Virus record (IMG/VR): IMGVR_UViG_3300032007_000014
Length of the DNA stretch: 64,000 bases
From: a virus
Lineage: Duplodnaviria; Caudoviricetes
Strand: one strand, 5' to 3'
The notes beneath the pieces are model-generated. The model worked only from the letters and a program-made list of their open reading frames with translations. It had not been told where the DNA came from and ran no database searches. This document shows, piece by piece, positions 60,564 through 64,000 of the stretch; the first letter of the stretch is position 1; the number at the start of each line of letters is the position of its first letter. Position numbers and translations under genes: made by a program.

Positions 60564-62219
60564 ATGGCTAATGGACCATTGAACATCCACCTTCTCGACG
60601 TGGATAAATTCATTCGAGAGCATGGGTGTAAAGAAGTGACCAGTACCTTTGTGCATGCTCCTTCTTCCAATCAATTCCATGAAGCAGGTCTGTTCTCAGA
60701 ACAGATCTTTGGTAATATTGCAGATCAGAGAAGATTGATAACTTTTGGTTACATCAATCTGAACTGCAAGATCTTTGCACCTCATGTGTTTCAGATCATT
60801 CAATCTTTGAAGAGATTCTACATCGAGATCATGAGTGGAAAGAGCTATGCCATCTGGAATGAAGAAGTGAATGACTTCGATCGTGCAAGTGATGCTGATC
60901 CGAATGCAGATACTGGATACACCTTCTTCTTGAGTCATTTCTTTGAGATCGATTTCTTGAAGAATGCTTCATTGAAACGAAACGATAAAGTTGATGTCTT
61001 GAAGAAATATCAAGACAGACTTCTCATTGACAAGTATCTTGTGATACCTGCTGGATTGCGTGACATCAAGGTTGATGAAGCACGTCAAGAAAAAGACAGC
61101 ATCAATAACTTGTATGTGTCATTGCTGAACAACGCAAAAGCTATGCCACCAACAGGTGCCAACAAATCCATCTATGATACCATTCATTACGCCATCCAAC
61201 GCAAGGTGAATGAAATTCATCTTTATGTGGCTGATATGATGAAAGGAAAGAAAGGATTCATGGAGGGTAAGTACGGTGCGCGTTCCATCGCACAAGGAAC
61301 ACGTAACGTTATCACAGCATCCTCTATGGAATCCATCAGTTCCAACTCTGAACAATATCACAAGGTGGATGAAACAAAGATTCCTTTGTTCCAATGTGCA
61401 AAAGGATTCTCTTCTCTTGTCATTTACCAAATGAAACACAACTTCTATTCCACTGTGCTGGAGAATAGTTCTGATCAAGTTCCTTTGATCAATCCAGACA
61501 CGTTGAAATTGGAGTATGTTCCGATTGACGAAGCTGAGAAGGACAAACTACTTGGAACAGAAGGCATGATGAAGTTCATCGACCTGTTCCAGGATGGTGA
61601 ATTCCGATTCAAACCTGTAACTGTGGTGTCTGATAAGAAGAAGTATTGGATGTATCTTGTGTATGACACAGGAAAGACAATCAACATCTTCCGAAATATC
61701 GATGAGTTCAAACTTGCAATGGAAAGCAAACATGTGGAGTTCGATCCGAAATATGTGAGAGCTCTCACAAACTGTGAATTGCTTTACATGGCAACTTACG
61801 CTGCAAGTTACAACAAGCATGGTACTGTGACACGATATCCCATCACAGATGAACAGAGCATCTATATCAGCAAGGTTCACTTGATGAGTACAACTCCAAG
61901 TCGAGTTGTGTTTCTCAAATCAGATGTTGGATCGGATACTACGTATGATACGAAGTTTCCAGAATATCCAATCATCGGAGAGAACTTTGTCGATGCGATG
62001 CTTCTGCATCCTACAAGATTGAAAGCACTGGGAGCAGACTTCGATGGTGATACATGCTCTTGGATTCCAATCTTGAGTGAAGAGGCGAACAAAGAATGCG
62101 AACAATACATACATTCATTATCCAACTACATCCTTCCAAGTGGACAGATGCCGTTGGCTATGGATGACTTGTGTTTGCTCACACTTCACAGTCTCACCAT
62201 GGATCCACCGAAAGAGTGA
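60564..62219 (+). CDS. virion RNA polymerase beta' subunit fragment (phiKZ gp180-like)
   Basis: GLFSEQIFG, FGYINL, KGKKG, RYP, catalytic ADFDGD. Confidence 0.9.
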   Translation: MANGPLNIHLLDVDKFIREHGCKEVTSTFVHAPSSNQFHEAGLFSEQIFGNIADQRRLITFGYINLNCKIFAPHVFQIIQSLKRFYIEIMSGKSYAIWNEEVNDFDRASDADPNADTGYTFFLSHFFEIDFLKNASLKRNDKVDVLKKYQDRLLIDKYLVIPAGLRDIKVDEARQEKDSINNLYVSLLNNAKAMPPTGANKSIYDTIHYAIQRKVNEIHLYVADMMKGKKGFMEGKYGARSIAQGTRNVITASSMESISSNSEQYHKVDETKIPLFQCAKGFSSLVIYQMKHNFYSTVLENSSDQVPLINPDTLKLEYVPIDEAEKDKLLGTEGMMKFIDLFQDGEFRFKPVTVVSDKKKYWMYLVYDTGKTINIFRNIDEFKLAMESKHVEFDPKYVRALTNCELLYMATYAASYNKHGTVTRYPITDEQSIYISKVHLMSTTPSRVVFLKSDVGSDTTYDTKFPEYPIIGENFVDAMLLHPTRLKALGADFDGDTCSWIPILSEEANKECEQYIHSLSNYILPSGQMPLAMDDLCLLTLHSLTMDPPKE

Positions 62220-62230
62220 TCAACATTCAT

Positions 62231-62269
62231 CTTATCGGGGAGGGTTCACCCCCCCCCCGATAAGGTTCT
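62231..62269 (+). repeat. poly-C hairpin element, copy 2
   Basis: CTTATCGGGGAGGGTTCA-C10-GATAAGGTTCT. Confidence 0.8.
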
Positions 62270-62298
62270 ACAATATTTTGGGGAGAATAGGAAATATC

Positions 62299-62955
62299 AT
62301 GCAATACACAATCACTGATGTTTCTCTAGAGTTTCTTGGATTTGGGAATCCGGTAAAGAAACGTCTGGAGAATCTCAAACAACTTTCAGCCAATTTCAAT
62401 ATGGCTGCAGATATCTTTGGAAAAGAATTAGAGAATGCTTACTCTAATCTTGACAAAGACATTCTCAAGGACAAGTACAACAAAGGTGACATTGTTACAC
62501 AAGCACCTTCCAGTAAGGATGTTCTTGCAAGGAATCAAAAGTTCATCAATCTTTTGAAAGAATTCGTCAAATTCGAATTCAAAACCATCCCAAGTGGAAA
62601 TGATCTTGAAAACCTTTATTTCAAGACAATGAATGGAAGTCCCTATCCTGGTAAATTCGCGGATACCTATGATCCCGAACGTAAAGGATTCATGCTCCGT
62701 CCTCTCGACACCAAAGCAATTGTCTATCCACAATCTGGATGGTTCGGTTTACCTGGAATACAAGTAAGGAGATCGTGTGAACAGATGTCTCCATTACTTC
62801 GTTCCATCGGAAATAAGCTTGCATCAGTAAAAGAAGATGATGTAAAAGAACGTGAAGATTATGGAAGGATTTCCGTACTTTTCAGTCTCTATGCTGATGT
62901 CTTTCATGTGGTTGAAGCCGAGAGTATTGATTGGCTTTACAGACTTGAAAAATAA
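62299..62955 (+). CDS. hypothetical protein with MQYTITDVSLE leader (candidate internal head protein)
   Basis: Start revised to ATG 62299; SLE at residue 11. Confidence 0.65.
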   Translation: MQYTITDVSLEFLGFGNPVKKRLENLKQLSANFNMAADIFGKELENAYSNLDKDILKDKYNKGDIVTQAPSSKDVLARNQKFINLLKEFVKFEFKTIPSGNDLENLYFKTMNGSPYPGKFADTYDPERKGFMLRPLDTKAIVYPQSGWFGLPGIQVRRSCEQMSPLLRSIGNKLASVKEDDVKEREDYGRISVLFSLYADVFHVVEAESIDWLYRLEK

Positions 62956-63015
62956 AATCAAATGCAATATACCAACTGCTGTAGCATTAAGCTACAGCAG
63001 TTGGCTTTTATTCGT

Positions 63016-63234
63016 TCACTTGCGAATACCGTAAGATAGATCACAGATGTCACCTTGTCTTTCTTCAAAACAAGGACACCTGGTGATACACCTTGCAGCA
63101 TATGTTGGTATTCTCAGCATTCGATGTGTGCAAGTGTAAGTGACAGTTCTGGTGAATACACCTTTGTGTATATTACACCACGCACAGTTCTTGCACTTGC
63201 GAATACAGAACACCTTTCTCAACCACTTGAACAT
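63016..63234 (-). CDS. small Cys-rich protein
   Basis: CKNCAWC...C...C motif; coupled to upstream gene. Confidence 0.6.
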   Translation of the reverse strand: MFKWLRKVFCIRKCKNCAWCNIHKGVFTRTVTYTCTHRMLRIPTYAARCITRCPCFEERQGDICDLSYGIRK

Positions 63235-63237
63235 AGT

Positions 63238-63738
63238 TCACCTTTTCTTACGATTGTTGAGAATGTGATTCACGTGATCTCTGTAGGATTTCTTGGTCTT
63301 ATAGATCCATATGCTTATGGATCCATCATCTCCGAGATTAAATCTGAAATAAAAATATTTCCGATATCTGTCGAGAATCTCATACACTCTCCTGTTACTT
63401 TCTCTATCGTAGAAAGGGATTTGCACATTCCCGTAGGGCGTAAATGTGTTCGTCACTCTGTCATTGTTCCATATACTGGCAATCCCTTGAAATTTGAATT
63501 CTTCAACGAGTTCAAGATAATGATCAGGTTTATGTGTCTCGTGCATCTTGTCGTAAAATCTGACAAGATCTATAAATGAGTCAAGTGCTAATATTTCACG
63601 TCCGGAACAGAATAGCACATAACTGACTCCTTTATCTGTTTTCACCTCACTTATATTCCTGTCCATCTCATCCCTGTAAACAGTCGGTGTGATTTCAGTC
63701 CATTTTTCTCTGACTGCAAGTTGCTTGAGTGTCATCAT
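63238..63738 (-). CDS. hypothetical protein (~166 aa)
   Basis: AAAGGAG RBS before MMTLKQ. Confidence 0.65.
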   Translation of the reverse strand: MMTLKQLAVREKWTEITPTVYRDEMDRNISEVKTDKGVSYVLFCSGREILALDSFIDLVRFYDKMHETHKPDHYLELVEEFKFQGIASIWNNDRVTNTFTPYGNVQIPFYDRESNRRVYEILDRYRKYFYFRFNLGDDGSISIWIYKTKKSYRDHVNHILNNRKKR

Positions 63739-64000
63739 TTTGTTGCTCCTTTCCAATACATGCATTTGAATGGTTTCTCCATCATGAGGTAATCTATATC
63801 CTTCAGATAAGGTGCCCACTTATCCTGTGTATCAGGACAAGTGCAATCCACACTTGTGTATTTGGAGAATCCAACAAGATGACGTTTGACTTTCTTCTTT
63901 TTGGATCTCTTATACACATGCGTGTAGTGTGTGTACAGTGGTTTGGTTGTGTACAACAGAGTGCAGTACACACAATTCTCACAACATTTCTTCTTGAATG
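63735..64000 (-). CDS. Cys-rich protein, 5'-truncated
   Basis: FKKKCCENCVYC...CTC...C; resembles 63016-63234. Confidence 0.5.
   Translation of the reverse strand, partial: FKKKCCENCVYCTLLYTTKPLYTHYTHVYKRSKKKKVKRHLVGFSKYTSVDCTCPDTQDKWAPYLKDIDYLMMEKPFKCMYWKGATK

Noticed and set aside
62077-62298. N-terminal extensions in the ORF track (also 33375-33554, 15222-15257, 63739-63819)
   Set aside because: They overlap neighbouring genes or terminators; better RBS at downstream ATGs
1-64000. CRISPR array, tRNA genes, integron attC array, IS elements, inteins
   Set aside because: No regularly spaced direct repeats, cloverleafs, integrase/transposase or intein motifs seen by eye

Overview
This window is a fragment of a phiKZ-like jumbo phage genome (Chimalliviridae-like), read in the standard genetic code. 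It encodes two virion RNA polymerase subunits: a ~1437-aa beta-type subunit split by a 378-nt group IA2 intron with no endonuclease ORF, and a beta'-type subunit with DFDGD. It also encodes a PhuZ tubulin, a phiKZ-like head/baseplate block, several head proteins with S/A-x-E protease sites, an RCC1/YadA-like tail fibre, a 2629-aa gp181-like tail protein, ThyX, dNMP kinase, a DHH phosphoesterase, patatin, rubrerythrin and a ParB-like protein. Two promoter classes are visible: early TATATTAC-type and a late-type CCATnnTAT(G/A). The strongest novelty candidates are: (i) an ORF-less, fully structured ~135-nt RNA with its own early promoter and terminator (39571-39704); (ii) unrelated small proteins sharing a 10-12-aa MKFK..SxE leader, like the T4 capsid-targeting sequence, two of which sit behind a duplicated poly-C hairpin; (iii) short peptide modules, including a 56-bp near-identical DNA segment, shared among different virion proteins; (iv) an unannotated 16-aa early peptide. 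All homology calls come from motif recognition and synteny, not database searches.
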